NCBI GenBank assembly: GCA_002323535.1
Contig: DCQT01000033.1
Coordinates: 31,663 to 95,662 of the forward strand
DNA: 64,000 bases
Origin: Bacteriovoracaceae bacterium UBA1511
GTDB taxonomy: Bacteria; Bdellovibrionota; Bacteriovoracia; Bacteriovoracales; Bacteriovoracaceae
Direction: 5' to 3'
Of the stretch, positions 34,806 through 44,496 are shown piece by piece. The notes under the pieces are model-generated. The model saw only the letters and a list, made by a program, of their open reading frames with translations, did not search any database and had not been told where the DNA came from. The translations under genes and the position numbers were made by a program. How positions within the stretch are numbered: position 1 is the stretch's first letter; the number at the start of each line of letters is the position of its first letter.

Positions 34806-35693
34806 TTAGAAGTGCCAGGGGAATTGATCAAATTTCTTCTCTCTTTTTTCAAGAAAAGACGTTCTCCCTTCCTCTGCCTCAGGTGTTCCATAAGCAAGTC
34901 TTGTCGCTTCTCCCGCAAAAACCTGTTGGCCCACAAGTCCATCATCAATTAAGTTAAATCCAAACTTAAGCATTCTCATCGCTGTAGGTGACTTTTTCAT
35001 CATTTCACGTGCCCAGTTTACAGCTTCTTTTTCTAAGTCTTTGTGTGGAATAACGGCATTGGCCATTCCCATCTCAAATGCTTCTTGCGCAGAGTAATTT
35101 TTACCCAAAAAGAATATTTCTCGCGCGCGTTTTTGTCCTACTTGTCTCGCTAGATATGCACTTCCATAGCCACTGTCAAAGCTCGCCACATCTGGGTCAG
35201 TTTGTTTAAAAATTGCATGCTCTTTTGAAGCCAAGGTTAAGTCACAAACAACATGAAGACTGTGGCCACCGCCAACGGCCCAGCCTGGAACAACGGCCAT
35301 AACAACTTTAGGCATGAAGCGAATTAAGCGTTGAACTTCTAAAATATGTAGTCTTCCCAGTGAATGATCAGGTTTTCCGTCTTCATATTGATAGCCATCT
35401 TTTCCTCGAATTCGTTGATCGCCGCCTGAACAAAATGCCCAGCCTCCATCTTTTTCGCTCGGGCCATTTCCGGTGAGCATAACGACACCTACATCCGTCC
35501 ACATCCTCGCGTGATCTAGGGCGCGATAGAGCTCATCTACTGTTTGTGGCCTAAAGGCATTTCTACATTCAGGTCGATTGAAAGCAATTCTGACCAATCC
35601 GAGATCTTTATGACGATGGTATGTGATGTCGTTGAAGTCAAACTCATCAACGTCAGACCATTCAGATTCATTAAAAATTGGGGATATACTCAT
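34806..35693 (-). CDS. menB: 1,4-dihydroxy-2-naphthoyl-CoA synthase
   Basis: Crotonase fold: RPECRNAFRP, FCSGGDQRIRG, VPGWAVGGGHSLHVVCDLT and EGRTSFLEKR. I prefer the start at ATG 35693 (GGAGA 5 nt upstream) over the TTG at 35708. Confidence 0.93.
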   Translation of the reverse strand: MSISPIFNESEWSDVDEFDFNDITYHRHKDLGLVRIAFNRPECRNAFRPQTVDELYRALDHARMWTDVGVVMLTGNGPSEKDGGWAFCSGGDQRIRGKDGYQYEDGKPDHSLGRLHILEVQRLIRFMPKVVMAVVPGWAVGGGHSLHVVCDLTLASKEHAIFKQTDPDVASFDSGYGSAYLARQVGQKRAREIFFLGKNYSAQEAFEMGMANAVIPHKDLEKEAVNWAREMMKKSPTAMRMLKFGFNLIDDGLVGQQVFAGEATRLAYGTPEAEEGRTSFLEKREKKFDQFPWHF

Positions 35694-35817
35694 TACTTTC
35701 TCCATCAAACGATATTGTATTTAAAAAATACGAGAGATGTCTGGTTTTAGTCAACTAAGAAGGGTGGACTTTTCTCGACAAGAATTCTATACAATAGCGC
35801 TTAAAAGCGGGAATATC

Positions 35818-36522
35818 ATGAAATTTGAAACGACATTTAATAATTATTTCGGAAAAGAGTTAGCAAAAACAGACGAGCCAGAGGAAAAGCTTAAAGAGCT
35901 TCTCGCAAGATTGGAAGGCAGGACCTTAGAGCTCAATTCTGCCAGAAAGAAGATGTCGGCCGGTTTTGGACAAGTCCTTCAGGCATTAGCGGAAGCTTAT
36001 CCAACACTTGATTTAAATGATCCAAATCTAACTGATACTCCAAACAGAATGGCGAGAGCATTACTTGAAGTTTGCTCAGGACTTGGTGCTGTTAACTCTG
36101 ATGCGATTACAACTACCTTTCCTGCCGAAGATTATAACGATGTAATTCTTCTAAAAAATATTGATTTTACATCTTTATGCTCACATCACTTTTTTCCCTT
36201 CTCTGGGGTTGCCCACGTTGGTTATTTACCAGACCCTAAGATTGGATCAAAGGTTCTTGGGCTCTCAAAACTTGCTCGAATCGTGGACATTCACTCTCAG
36301 AGACCTCAGTTGCAAGAGAGACTCTGTCAAGATGTGATGAAGGCATTAAAAGAAGAGCTGCGTCCTGCTGGTGTTATGGTTGTTGTAGAGGCTGCCCATG
36401 GTTGTCTCAATTGTCGTGGAGCCAAAAAAATTAACGCGTCGATGATGACTAGTAGCGTTTATGGAAAGTTCAAAGAAGATATTAAGCTTCGAGAAGAATT
36501 CCTCGCACTTATTCGTGCTTAA
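35818..36522 (+). CDS. folE: GTP cyclohydrolase I (FolE type 1)
   Basis: TDTPNRMARAL, CSHHFFPFSGVAHVGYLP, GLSKLARIV, RPQLQERL and EAAHGCL. Start chosen at ATG 35818; the ORF-track start at 35737 is also possible. Confidence 0.9.
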   Translation: MKFETTFNNYFGKELAKTDEPEEKLKELLARLEGRTLELNSARKKMSAGFGQVLQALAEAYPTLDLNDPNLTDTPNRMARALLEVCSGLGAVNSDAITTTFPAEDYNDVILLKNIDFTSLCSHHFFPFSGVAHVGYLPDPKIGSKVLGLSKLARIVDIHSQRPQLQERLCQDVMKALKEELRPAGVMVVVEAAHGCLNCRGAKKINASMMTSSVYGKFKEDIKLREEFLALIRA

Positions 36523-37001
36523 GAGTTCGCAAACTTATCTAGTTTTTCACCATCAAGTCGATAAATGATCCACTCATTTTGAGGCTTTGCTTCTATTGAA
36601 TCATAAAAATCGATGCTTGGTTTATTCCAATCGAGGACAACCCATTCCAATCTTCTAAAGTTTCTTTCTTTTGTTATTTGAGCTAGTTGTTTTAATAAGG
36701 CGATGCCAGCCCCTTTTCCCCGGTGCTCTGGAAGAACGAATAGGTCTTCTAGGTGAATTCCCGGTCGCCCTTCAAAGGTTGAGTAAGTAGGAAAAAATAA
36801 AGCAAAACCAACAGGAGTATTGTTTATTTTTGCGAGTAGGCATTCGGCATAAGGTCTTTCACCAAAAAGGTTCTCTTCAAGATCTTTGTCCGTCATTTTT
36901 ACTGTGTGAGAGAGTTTTTCATACTCGGCAAGATCAAGGATAAACTTTTTTATATAAGAAAGGTCCTCTTTCTTTGCAAAAGTGACAGATAGGTTAATCA
37001 T
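36519..37001 (-). CDS. GNAT-family N-acetyltransferase (diamine/spermidine acetyltransferase-like)
   Basis: LEDLFVLPEHRGKGAGIALLKQLAQ is the acetyl-CoA motif A. 160 aa. Confidence 0.8.
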   Translation of the reverse strand: MINLSVTFAKKEDLSYIKKFILDLAEYEKLSHTVKMTDKDLEENLFGERPYAECLLAKINNTPVGFALFFPTYSTFEGRPGIHLEDLFVLPEHRGKGAGIALLKQLAQITKERNFRRLEWVVLDWNKPSIDFYDSIEAKPQNEWIIYRLDGEKLDKFANS

Positions 37002-37013
37002 TTAAAAATCGCT

Positions 37014-37583
37014 TTATTTAAGGTTATACCTTTCTCTATCACAGATATTTTTTATTTCGTCAGGAATTTTTGAGCTACGAGCACAATCTTCATAGAATTG
37101 AATAATTTTTTGTTGGTGATCAGGTTGCACTTTATAAATTTTTGCCATTTCAACAACAATTGCTCGCGCCATCTCAGGATCCTCTGAGATTTCTTCCAAA
37201 GCCGCTCCTAAAAATTCAGAGAAGTCCTCATCAGACACCTTTTCTGAGTACTCCTCGAGGTCTTGTTCGTTGTAGTCATCTTCGTCACTTTCTAGTGTCG
37301 TCTCAAGGAGTTCCTCACTGTTCAAAGCGATTTCTTCCTGGTTATTCTCGTCGATATTTTTAGGAACTTGCTCACCAATTTGAATTGATTCATCTTCCAT
37401 TGGTACTTCAGACCCTGATTCATGTTCGCTAGAATCTCCAAGTTTTGCATCAAGTTTCTCTTGGAGAGCTTGGGCTCTTTCATCCATCACTGGGTTTTCA
37501 TCCATCAATGGAGTGTTTTTGTTAACAAAGTAAATGCCTAGGGCAAATAATCCAATGAATAATATAGGCGCTACGTATCTCAT
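37014..37583 (-). CDS. Membrane-anchored, highly acidic protein of unknown function
   Basis: N-terminal TM segment VAPILFIGLFALGIYFV, then a Glu/Asp-rich region. Confidence 0.55.
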   Translation of the reverse strand: MRYVAPILFIGLFALGIYFVNKNTPLMDENPVMDERAQALQEKLDAKLGDSSEHESGSEVPMEDESIQIGEQVPKNIDENNQEEIALNSEELLETTLESDEDDYNEQDLEEYSEKVSDEDFSEFLGAALEEISEDPEMARAIVVEMAKIYKVQPDHQQKIIQFYEDCARSSKIPDEIKNICDRERYNLK

Positions 37584-38203
37584 GTATTCAATTCTAAGAT
37601 CTTCCCAGAAAAATGTCTTCTATTTTTTAAGCTATTAACAGATAAAGCTTTTAAATTCTTCTCTAAAAATTCTGCTTGTGAGTCTCCCTCAAGGCTCTCA
37701 ATTACTTTTCCCATGGATTCATAGGTACACAAGAAGTTTGGCTTTGGTTGTTTTCTACAATGGTAATTAGATATGTAGTTTTTTTCCTCAAGTTTAACGC
37801 ATTGGATATCTTTTAGTTTATCCTCTCTCTTATGCACTTTCTTTGCTTGATTCCAGCTACCATCGGGAACAATAAAGTGAAGCTTTTCTCGTGGAATTTC
37901 TTTAAGCTCACTAACACTTATTGCATCTTCTGAGGGGAATAAAAAGTATGTCTGTTTATCAATCGGAATAATACTGTCCCAATCAAGTGGGTTGTTCAAG
38001 TCTCCTCTGAGGTGAATTTTACAATTTGGGAGAGTATTTTTTGCTAACCTTCCAGTATTACTCGAGAGGTAAGACTCTCTTTTATGCATGATAATACTCC
38101 ATGACAGTTTGGAGCTGACAGAGACCAGCTCATCGCAGAAACAACTTATTTTCATACTCCAGCATCTTGGGCAGCGATCGTGTTTGTTTAGTTTGTTTGT
38201 CAT
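37580..38203 (-). CDS. DTW-domain protein (tRNA-uridine aminocarboxypropyltransferase family)
   Basis: CPRCWSMKISCFCDEL Cys cluster. IVPDGSWNQAKK is a DTW/DGTW-type motif. Confidence 0.8.
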   Translation of the reverse strand: MTNKLNKHDRCPRCWSMKISCFCDELVSVSSKLSWSIIMHKRESYLSSNTGRLAKNTLPNCKIHLRGDLNNPLDWDSIIPIDKQTYFLFPSEDAISVSELKEIPREKLHFIVPDGSWNQAKKVHKREDKLKDIQCVKLEEKNYISNYHCRKQPKPNFLCTYESMGKVIESLEGDSQAEFLEKNLKALSVNSLKNRRHFSGKILELNT

Positions 38204-38291
38204 ATGCTCATTTGTTAACTTGATTTCTTCATAGTTTCCATAAAATTAATACAATTCATGTCTTCTATGTAAATTTATCAGGCTTTGTTTC

Positions 38292-38319
38292 TTGACTTAA
38301 GCTGGCTAAGTGTTAATTA
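38292..38319 (+). promoter_or_regulatory. Candidate strong sigma70-type promoter in an intergenic region with no long downstream ORF
   Basis: TTGACT (38292-38297), 16-nt spacer, TAATTA (38314-38319), followed by GGAGG (38333-38337). Confidence 0.3.
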
Positions 38320-38524
38320 TTCAGCCATTAGTGGAGGCTTGATTGAAAAGACCAGTCAAATTAAATGAAGTATTTTTTGTCAAAGGAAAGACGCTCTTTC
38401 CGATTAAAGGGCAGAGTAAATTATTTTCATTTCTAGCTGCTGAAAAAGCAATGAGTGCCAGTAGGTCGAAATCAAAGGTAAAGACCCTGAAGCCTGCTCT
38501 CGTAAAAAAGAAAAAGTAGTTAAA

Positions 38525-39751
38525 CTATTTCTTACAATACAAAGATTCTACATTTTTTAACGCACTTTCTTTAGGTAAAAAGAAATAAAGGTTTGCTGGG
38601 TGACGCATTTTTCCTGCTTTCATTTTCGCCTTTTTCCCCCGTCCCCAAAATAGGTCTGCTCTTCCTGGCCCTTTTATAGCACCTCCAGTGTCTTGGGCAA
38701 AAACGAAGTGCTCTGACCTTGGAGAACTTTTTGTTAACTTCTCCGGAGGAATACCTGGAAGTGGGTAGGAAATATGCGCTAAAAGACCAAGTGGAAAGTA
38801 TCGATCATCAACCGCTATTGTTCTAAGGTCTGTTACATCCGCGCCGATGGTCGTTTTGGATCTACCGTTAAGTTTTTTAAAAAAAACGTAACTTGGATTT
38901 TTTGAAAATATATTTCTAGTATACTTTTTTCCCTCTTTTCGAAGGACTTCTTCAATTTTTTGCATACTCATATCTTCAGGTTTAATTTTGTCCTTCATAA
39001 ACTTTCCAATTGCCTCGTACTTTCTTCCATTTTGGGCGGCGTATCCAAGCCTTATCTCCTCCCCGGATGAGAGCTCTACGATACCTGACCCCTGAATATG
39101 CAAAAAGAAAGTATCAATTGGGTCCGCGTAGGCAATTTCTAGTCTTTTATTTCTTAAGGCACCTTTGAAGTCAATTTCTTCTCTTGATGGTAGTGGGGTG
39201 ATCTGCTTTTGTCCGATATCATTCACTGTAACTTGGGCGCTCATACTTTTCTTTGGAATAAAGTCTAGTCCATAATCCTCCGACATAAATTGATTGAGTT
39301 TTATTTCAACCAGGTTCTTTGGAGGAGAAAGTATTGCTGTTGAGTATTTTTTAGTTCTTTTTTTCGATCCTTTTAAGACAGGTTCATAATAACCAGTCAT
39401 AAGTATTTCTCCCCATCGTTCTTTTCCATAAACTGTATATGGGTCGAAGTTATTTTTGATAAATTGAATCAGCCCATCTTTAGAACCAGAGCAGGACTTC
39501 ATGGCCTGGAGGCTTTTGATATATAGGCTTTTAGAAACAGTCATTTTCCCAAGTTTAAGGTTTTTTTTGTTTGATTTTTTCAGAGACTTTATTGTGTTAT
39601 TTAGTGCTAGGTTGAAGCTGCTAGTAGATTCTTGGTCAACAAAGTCATTCTTCTCGGTAGGGCGTAAGGCGTTTTTTGGGCTTACCTGAACGCGGGCGCA
39701 TGAATATAAAAAGTAAAAAGCCAGTAAGACAGTAAAACGTTGATAACTCAT
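38525..39751 (-). CDS. mltA: Membrane-bound lytic murein transglycosylase A
   Basis: Lipoprotein-like N-terminus (LYSCA). MltA and 3D-domain motifs GYYEP, IAVDDRYFPLG and FAQDTGGAIKGPGRADLFWG. Confidence 0.85.
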   Translation of the reverse strand: MSYQRFTVLLAFYFLYSCARVQVSPKNALRPTEKNDFVDQESTSSFNLALNNTIKSLKKSNKKNLKLGKMTVSKSLYIKSLQAMKSCSGSKDGLIQFIKNNFDPYTVYGKERWGEILMTGYYEPVLKGSKKRTKKYSTAILSPPKNLVEIKLNQFMSEDYGLDFIPKKSMSAQVTVNDIGQKQITPLPSREEIDFKGALRNKRLEIAYADPIDTFFLHIQGSGIVELSSGEEIRLGYAAQNGRKYEAIGKFMKDKIKPEDMSMQKIEEVLRKEGKKYTRNIFSKNPSYVFFKKLNGRSKTTIGADVTDLRTIAVDDRYFPLGLLAHISYPLPGIPPEKLTKSSPRSEHFVFAQDTGGAIKGPGRADLFWGRGKKAKMKAGKMRHPANLYFFLPKESALKNVESLYCKK

Positions 39752-39860
39752 TAAAACTCACCTGTTTATTTTGGCCAATTCTACATTAATGCGATGCACT
39801 TGCAAAAAAATACACAGATTTGTATCTTGCACAATTGAGCTTTAGAAGAAAGGAGTGTTA

Positions 39861-40616
39861 ATGAGTTTGTTGTTTAGATCGATGTTCTTTGTTCTAATTA
39901 CTCTTGAATTCGCCCATTCTCAAGGATTTAACAAGTCTATTTGCTTTGATAAAGATTACAGGTACTTATCTAACGACCCAAGAGTAGGAAGAGTGCAAAA
40001 GCCAGAGGGGAAAAGTGGCTGTACTGCAACGATGATTGGAAGGGCATGTGCGATAACTGCTGGCCATTGCCATAAAAAATATCAAGACCTTCATTTCAAT
40101 GTTCCTCTTTCTTCAAAAGAAGGAAAAATGAATCTTTCAAGACCTGAAGATGTGTACTCAGTTGTAAAGGACTCCATTGTTTACTCAGAAAAGGAAAAAG
40201 GTGATGACTATGGGGTCTTTAGACTGCAGGCGAACCAAATAACAGGAATGTACCCAGGGGATGCCCAAGGCTTCTATTCAATAAGGTATTACCCTGCATC
40301 CGCAGGAACGTATATCCGAGTTGTGGGCTTTGGTGCTGATCGGGACGAAGGGCATGAGGAGCGTAATTATGCTCAGCAGACTTCTTTTTCCAACATTAAT
40401 GAAGTCGAAAACACTTTTATTACCTACCAGGCCGATACCTGGGGAGGTTCATCAGGCTCTCCTGTAATTGACCTTAATAACAGAATTATAGGCATTCATA
40501 CTCATGGCGATTGTGACGTAGAAGGTGGAAGGAATTCTGGAACATTAATATACAATAATCACCGTTTAGTGCAGGCAATCCAGCAATGTTTAGAGTGGGA
40601 GCATTATAACCTCTAG
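39861..40616 (+). CDS. Secreted trypsin-like (S1) serine endopeptidase
   Basis: Catalytic triad contexts TAGHC, DDYGVF and DTWGGSSGSPV. Signal peptide. AGGAG lies 5 nt upstream of ATG 39861. Confidence 0.85.
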   Translation: MSLLFRSMFFVLITLEFAHSQGFNKSICFDKDYRYLSNDPRVGRVQKPEGKSGCTATMIGRACAITAGHCHKKYQDLHFNVPLSSKEGKMNLSRPEDVYSVVKDSIVYSEKEKGDDYGVFRLQANQITGMYPGDAQGFYSIRYYPASAGTYIRVVGFGADRDEGHEERNYAQQTSFSNINEVENTFITYQADTWGGSSGSPVIDLNNRIIGIHTHGDCDVEGGRNSGTLIYNNHRLVQAIQQCLEWEHYNL

Positions 40617-40683
40617 CCTTGTCTAGCATGTATCAAGTTCTCGTGTTTTTGTTTGTCTAGGTTTAGTGGTACTTTTACTAGAT

Positions 40684-41199
40684 ATGACAGATGATAAGAA
40701 AGATACTCCTAAACCATTAATTGTCACTGATGAACATATCCAAAAGCTCAAAACGCTTTCGATAGAAAACCCAGGTTTATCTGAGTTTGCCGCGAGCATT
40801 GGATCCGGTGTTGTTGCTCCGTTGAAAGAGAGTGCAATTAGAAAAAGCTCTCATCAGTCTATGATGGAGCAACTGAATATTCAAATGGCCCAAATACTAG
40901 ATCAAATTAAATTACTTGCAGAACAGGTTGATGATCTTAAAAAGAGAAAAGAAATTTCTGAAGAAATTTACCTCTCAAAGATTACTTTTGAGCCGGTAGT
41001 TGGAAATGAATATTACCTTTATTATAACAACGATGAGCAAAGAAAGTTTCTCTCAATGATATCACCAGAAGAGTGGGGAAAAAGTGCTGATCACCTAAGA
41101 TTTATTGCTAAAGTTAAGCTACTTGGAGATAAAACTTGGAAGGTTATTAATGAAAAGAAAAACGAAATAGTTAAAAAAACAATAGATGACTTATTTTAA
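40684..41199 (+). CDS. Hypothetical protein (171 aa)
   Basis: Clean ORF with no recognisable motif. Start uncertain (GTG 40666 or ATG 40684). Confidence 0.5.
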   Translation: MTDDKKDTPKPLIVTDEHIQKLKTLSIENPGLSEFAASIGSGVVAPLKESAIRKSSHQSMMEQLNIQMAQILDQIKLLAEQVDDLKKRKEISEEIYLSKITFEPVVGNEYYLYYNNDEQRKFLSMISPEEWGKSADHLRFIAKVKLLGDKTWKVINEKKNEIVKKTIDDLF

Positions 41200-41666
41200 T
41201 TTTGGCAATTTCTAACTTTTTTTAAAATATCACTGTGATTTAACTCCAACTCTTTTCCTACAACTTCTACAATTCTAGGAAACTTTCGAAGCACATTAAC
41301 TAATTCACAAATACTGTCGCTCGCTTTCGACTCAGTGATATCATTGAATTGCTTAACATTGTATTTTGTCTCATAAAAGAGTTTAAAAAATAACTCATCA
41401 TAAGTGAGTTTTACCTTCTTTCCAGAGAGGGACACGAGTCTTTCGCCTACTTCCTTATCATGTATTGAGAAGTTCCAGGTGAGTTGATCTCCGCTGCCTA
41501 AGTCAAGGGTACCTTCATAGGTAGAATAAATGATCCCTTTTTTCGAAAGTTTCACGAGTGTTCCAGAGCGAACGCCTTGAGAGTAGGGGATTGTGACTAG
41601 TCCATAAGATAAACCGGCGAGGACAAGTAGGGATAATAATAAAACTAATGTAATTTTTATTTTCAT
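41196..41666 (-). CDS. Membrane-anchored hypothetical protein (156 aa)
   Basis: N-terminal TM segment ITLVLLLSLLVLAGLSYGLV. No recognisable motif. Confidence 0.5.
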   Translation of the reverse strand: MKIKITLVLLLSLLVLAGLSYGLVTIPYSQGVRSGTLVKLSKKGIIYSTYEGTLDLGSGDQLTWNFSIHDKEVGERLVSLSGKKVKLTYDELFFKLFYETKYNVKQFNDITESKASDSICELVNVLRKFPRIVEVVGKELELNHSDILKKVRNCQN

Positions 41667-41713
41667 AAATAGATGTTAATAAATGCACTAACGTTATGAC
41701 TAGCTAGAATAAA

Positions 41714-42670
41714 TTATTCTTCATTCAGAAGGCTTTTTATTTTTGCCTTCTCCCACAAAATTTCTGATTTAAACACGTTTTCAACGAATTCTTGAAATAC
41801 TCCAGGAGTAAAACTGGGCGATAAGCTATAGAGTTTTTTCTCTAACTCTTTTTCAACCTCACCAAGATGAGAATACCTTTTTCTATAATTTGAATGGAGC
41901 ATTTTTAAAACGATTTCTTGAAGCTCATGATCAATTTCAGAATTAAAAAACCTTGGTAAAGGAACTTCGCACGCATCAATTTTCTTCAAGACTTCAATGT
42001 AGTTTTTCCCAGTGAAAAGCTTCTTGTTAGTGAGAAGTTCCCAAAAAATCACCCCAAGAGAAAACTGGTCGAATCGATGATCATAGTATTTACCATGTAT
42101 GTATTCAGGAGGCATATAAGCAGGTTTACCTTTATATTCACCCTGTGAGGTTATATTGATATTTGTTTTTGCTTTGGCAACTCCAAAGTCAATGACTTTT
42201 ACTCGTCCATTGTATGTAACCATTATGTTTTGTGGAGAGATATCTCTGTGAATAATAGGATTTTTTAATTTCTTAAAAGAGTCTATATAGTTATGAGCAT
42301 AAGATAATCCCTTACACGATTCCAGAATTAAGTATAGAACCTGAGGGATGTTCATATACTTTTTTATTTTATCCGATTTTTTTTGAAGCTCTCTAACTGT
42401 CTTGCCTTGAATATATTCCATGACAAAAAACACTTGATCTTCGTCTTCATAGTAGTCGATAATTTGTCCAATATTAGGGTGGCTCAAAGGAAATGTAACC
42501 CTTAACTCATCTTCGAATTGGTCTTGTACTTTCTTTGTTTTGATGAGCTTCTTTTTAATAGTCTTTAATATGACTAGTCGCTTGAGCCCTTCTTTTATTT
42601 GAATCGCCCTATAGATTTCACCAAAGCCTCCAGTTTTTAATAAATCAAGGCTTTTGTACACAGGTTTCAT
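41714..42670 (-). CDS. Hanks-type serine/threonine protein kinase (kinase domain only)
   Basis: GGFGEIY, VILKTI, HRDISPQNIM, DFGVAKA and PAYMPPE. Confidence 0.9.
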   Translation of the reverse strand: MKPVYKSLDLLKTGGFGEIYRAIQIKEGLKRLVILKTIKKKLIKTKKVQDQFEDELRVTFPLSHPNIGQIIDYYEDEDQVFFVMEYIQGKTVRELQKKSDKIKKYMNIPQVLYLILESCKGLSYAHNYIDSFKKLKNPIIHRDISPQNIMVTYNGRVKVIDFGVAKAKTNINITSQGEYKGKPAYMPPEYIHGKYYDHRFDQFSLGVIFWELLTNKKLFTGKNYIEVLKKIDACEVPLPRFFNSEIDHELQEIVLKMLHSNYRKRYSHLGEVEKELEKKLYSLSPSFTPGVFQEFVENVFKSEILWEKAKIKSLLNEE

Positions 42671-43185
42671 TTTTTTAATAAGCCCTTAACAAGAAGGTAG
42701 TTTTTAACTTCGTTCATATTTACATGACAATAACCAGTAGGATTTTTAACCAAGTATTTTTGGTGATACTCCTCTGCATTCCAGAAATTCCTGATAGGCA
42801 TAAACTCAGTTGTGATTTTGTTTTTAAAATCCTCTCTGTTTTTGAAGTAGTCTTTAATTTGATCGTGGACTAATTCATTGCCCCTGTCCCAGTAAATACC
42901 AGATCGATACTGAGGTCCTATATCATTTCCTTGTCCATCCAGTTGAAAAGGGTCATGGATTTTGAAAAATAGATCTAGTATTGAAGAAGTATTTGTTATT
43001 TCTGGATTAAAGCTCACTGATACGGCCTCCGTGTGGCCGGTGGTTTTCGTACAGACTTCTTCATATGTAGGATTATCAATATGTCCTGCACAGTAACCAG
43101 TTACAGTTTCTTCAACTCCAATCATAAAATCTAGTGCCGTTTGAACTCCCCAAAAACAACCACCAGCAAGATAGATTTTATGCAT
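42667..43185 (-). CDS. msrA: Peptide methionine (S)-S-oxide reductase
   Basis: LAGGCFWGVQ, GHTEAV, DPFQLDGQGNDIGPQYRS and EYHQKYL. Confidence 0.95.
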   Translation of the reverse strand: MHKIYLAGGCFWGVQTALDFMIGVEETVTGYCAGHIDNPTYEEVCTKTTGHTEAVSVSFNPEITNTSSILDLFFKIHDPFQLDGQGNDIGPQYRSGIYWDRGNELVHDQIKDYFKNREDFKNKITTEFMPIRNFWNAEEYHQKYLVKNPTGYCHVNMNEVKNYLLVKGLLKK

Positions 43186-43192
43186 AATACCC

Positions 43193-43843
43193 TCAGTATA
43201 TAAATTGCGTTTTTACCTCATCAAAGACTTTTTGTGCCCAGCCATAAGCCTGAGACTTACCTTCCGTCCCCCAATAGTGTAACCCATCACTGCCTTTACT
43301 GGGATATTTAGTTACCTTATGACTTTCAAAGATCTTACATCTACCTTTAACGACCTCATTAATTATGCGGTAGAGCCTCGGAAGTCTTTCAGGCATTTTC
43401 CTTGTGTCGGGGGGTCCGACCCAAAGACACTTTTTAGAAAAAATTTCAGTGTGATCAAGAAGATTTCGGATATCCCTACGCATGAATTCGTCGGATGAAT
43501 GAGTGTAGTTGGCACCAAGGGCAATTATAATAACATCAGGATCTAGTTTTTGGGTTATATTTTTTATTAAAGGTGTTTCTTTAGACTTACCGCTTTGTCG
43601 TCTTCCATTTTGGTCTTTGAAAAAATACCCACATTTTGTTTTTCTTCCATTAAAGAACCATTTTGCTACTGATCCACAAGAAGCAATCGTGCTAACTTGG
43701 TTGAATTCGGTTCTCAAAAGTTTATCTAGCTTTAGACCAAAATGTCCGACCGAGTGTGAGTCCCCCATGAAAAGTACAGAAGAGCTGAATGCATTAATCG
43801 GAAGAATTGAAAAAATAAGAAAGGTGATCGCTTTTTTTTTCAC
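43193..43843 (-). CDS. Secreted SGNH/GDSL-type hydrolase
   Basis: Signal peptide. FMGDSHS (block I), GANY and DGLHY (DxxH). Confidence 0.7.
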   Translation of the reverse strand: MKKKAITFLIFSILPINAFSSSVLFMGDSHSVGHFGLKLDKLLRTEFNQVSTIASCGSVAKWFFNGRKTKCGYFFKDQNGRRQSGKSKETPLIKNITQKLDPDVIIIALGANYTHSSDEFMRRDIRNLLDHTEIFSKKCLWVGPPDTRKMPERLPRLYRIINEVVKGRCKIFESHKVTKYPSKGSDGLHYWGTEGKSQAYGWAQKVFDEVKTQFIY

Positions 43844-44430
43844 TAAATGCTCCAGTTAAGAGTTGACTCAACTGAATCCCTTTTTCCTATAAACTGTAGC
43901 TGGAAGCCTTTTGTTATATCTACTTTAACTCGTGTACAGATAACCCCCTCAGAGACAGCAATTTGGTTTTTTCCATAAAGACCGGTAAACAAGGTTTGAT
44001 AGTTACGAACTGTTCCTCTGGAAGGGGTCGTAGGAACTCTTCGTCCTAAATTATCTACAAGAAAAATATTCCAATTTTTAATATTATTATTTTTTGTAAG
44101 TCCAATTTTATTTATGTTGACCTGAAGGCAATTTTTTTCGAATGAGTATTTTTGACTGCGAAGCTTATAAAGAAGCTCTGTCTCTTCCTTTTCAAATCCT
44201 CTGATTTGAGCAATATTGTTGACGTCAATTTTGATCATTGTCTCACTGATCGGGAATGCCTTAAATTCGTAGTCTCCACCTTGCTCATAAGAAATTTTAG
44301 TTAAGCGTGCTTCAAGCTCCTCTTTTGTGTCGGCGAGGGTGTCTCCAAAACTTATGAGTTCTCTGTCAGAAGGAGTTGATGAACATGAAATTATTAATGT
44401 TAGTGATAACAGACTGATTAAATAAGACAT
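43843..44430 (-). CDS. Lipoprotein of unknown function
   Basis: LTLIISCSS lipobox. Its stop overlaps the start of the SGNH gene by 1 nt. Confidence 0.55.
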   Translation of the reverse strand: MSYLISLLSLTLIISCSSTPSDRELISFGDTLADTKEELEARLTKISYEQGGDYEFKAFPISETMIKIDVNNIAQIRGFEKEETELLYKLRSQKYSFEKNCLQVNINKIGLTKNNNIKNWNIFLVDNLGRRVPTTPSRGTVRNYQTLFTGLYGKNQIAVSEGVICTRVKVDITKGFQLQFIGKRDSVESTLNWSI

Positions 44431-44496
44431 TTAACTTCCTTATAAATGTTTTCTCTATGATATTACAAAAACTTAGGAGGGTTCAACTGAGAGAAA

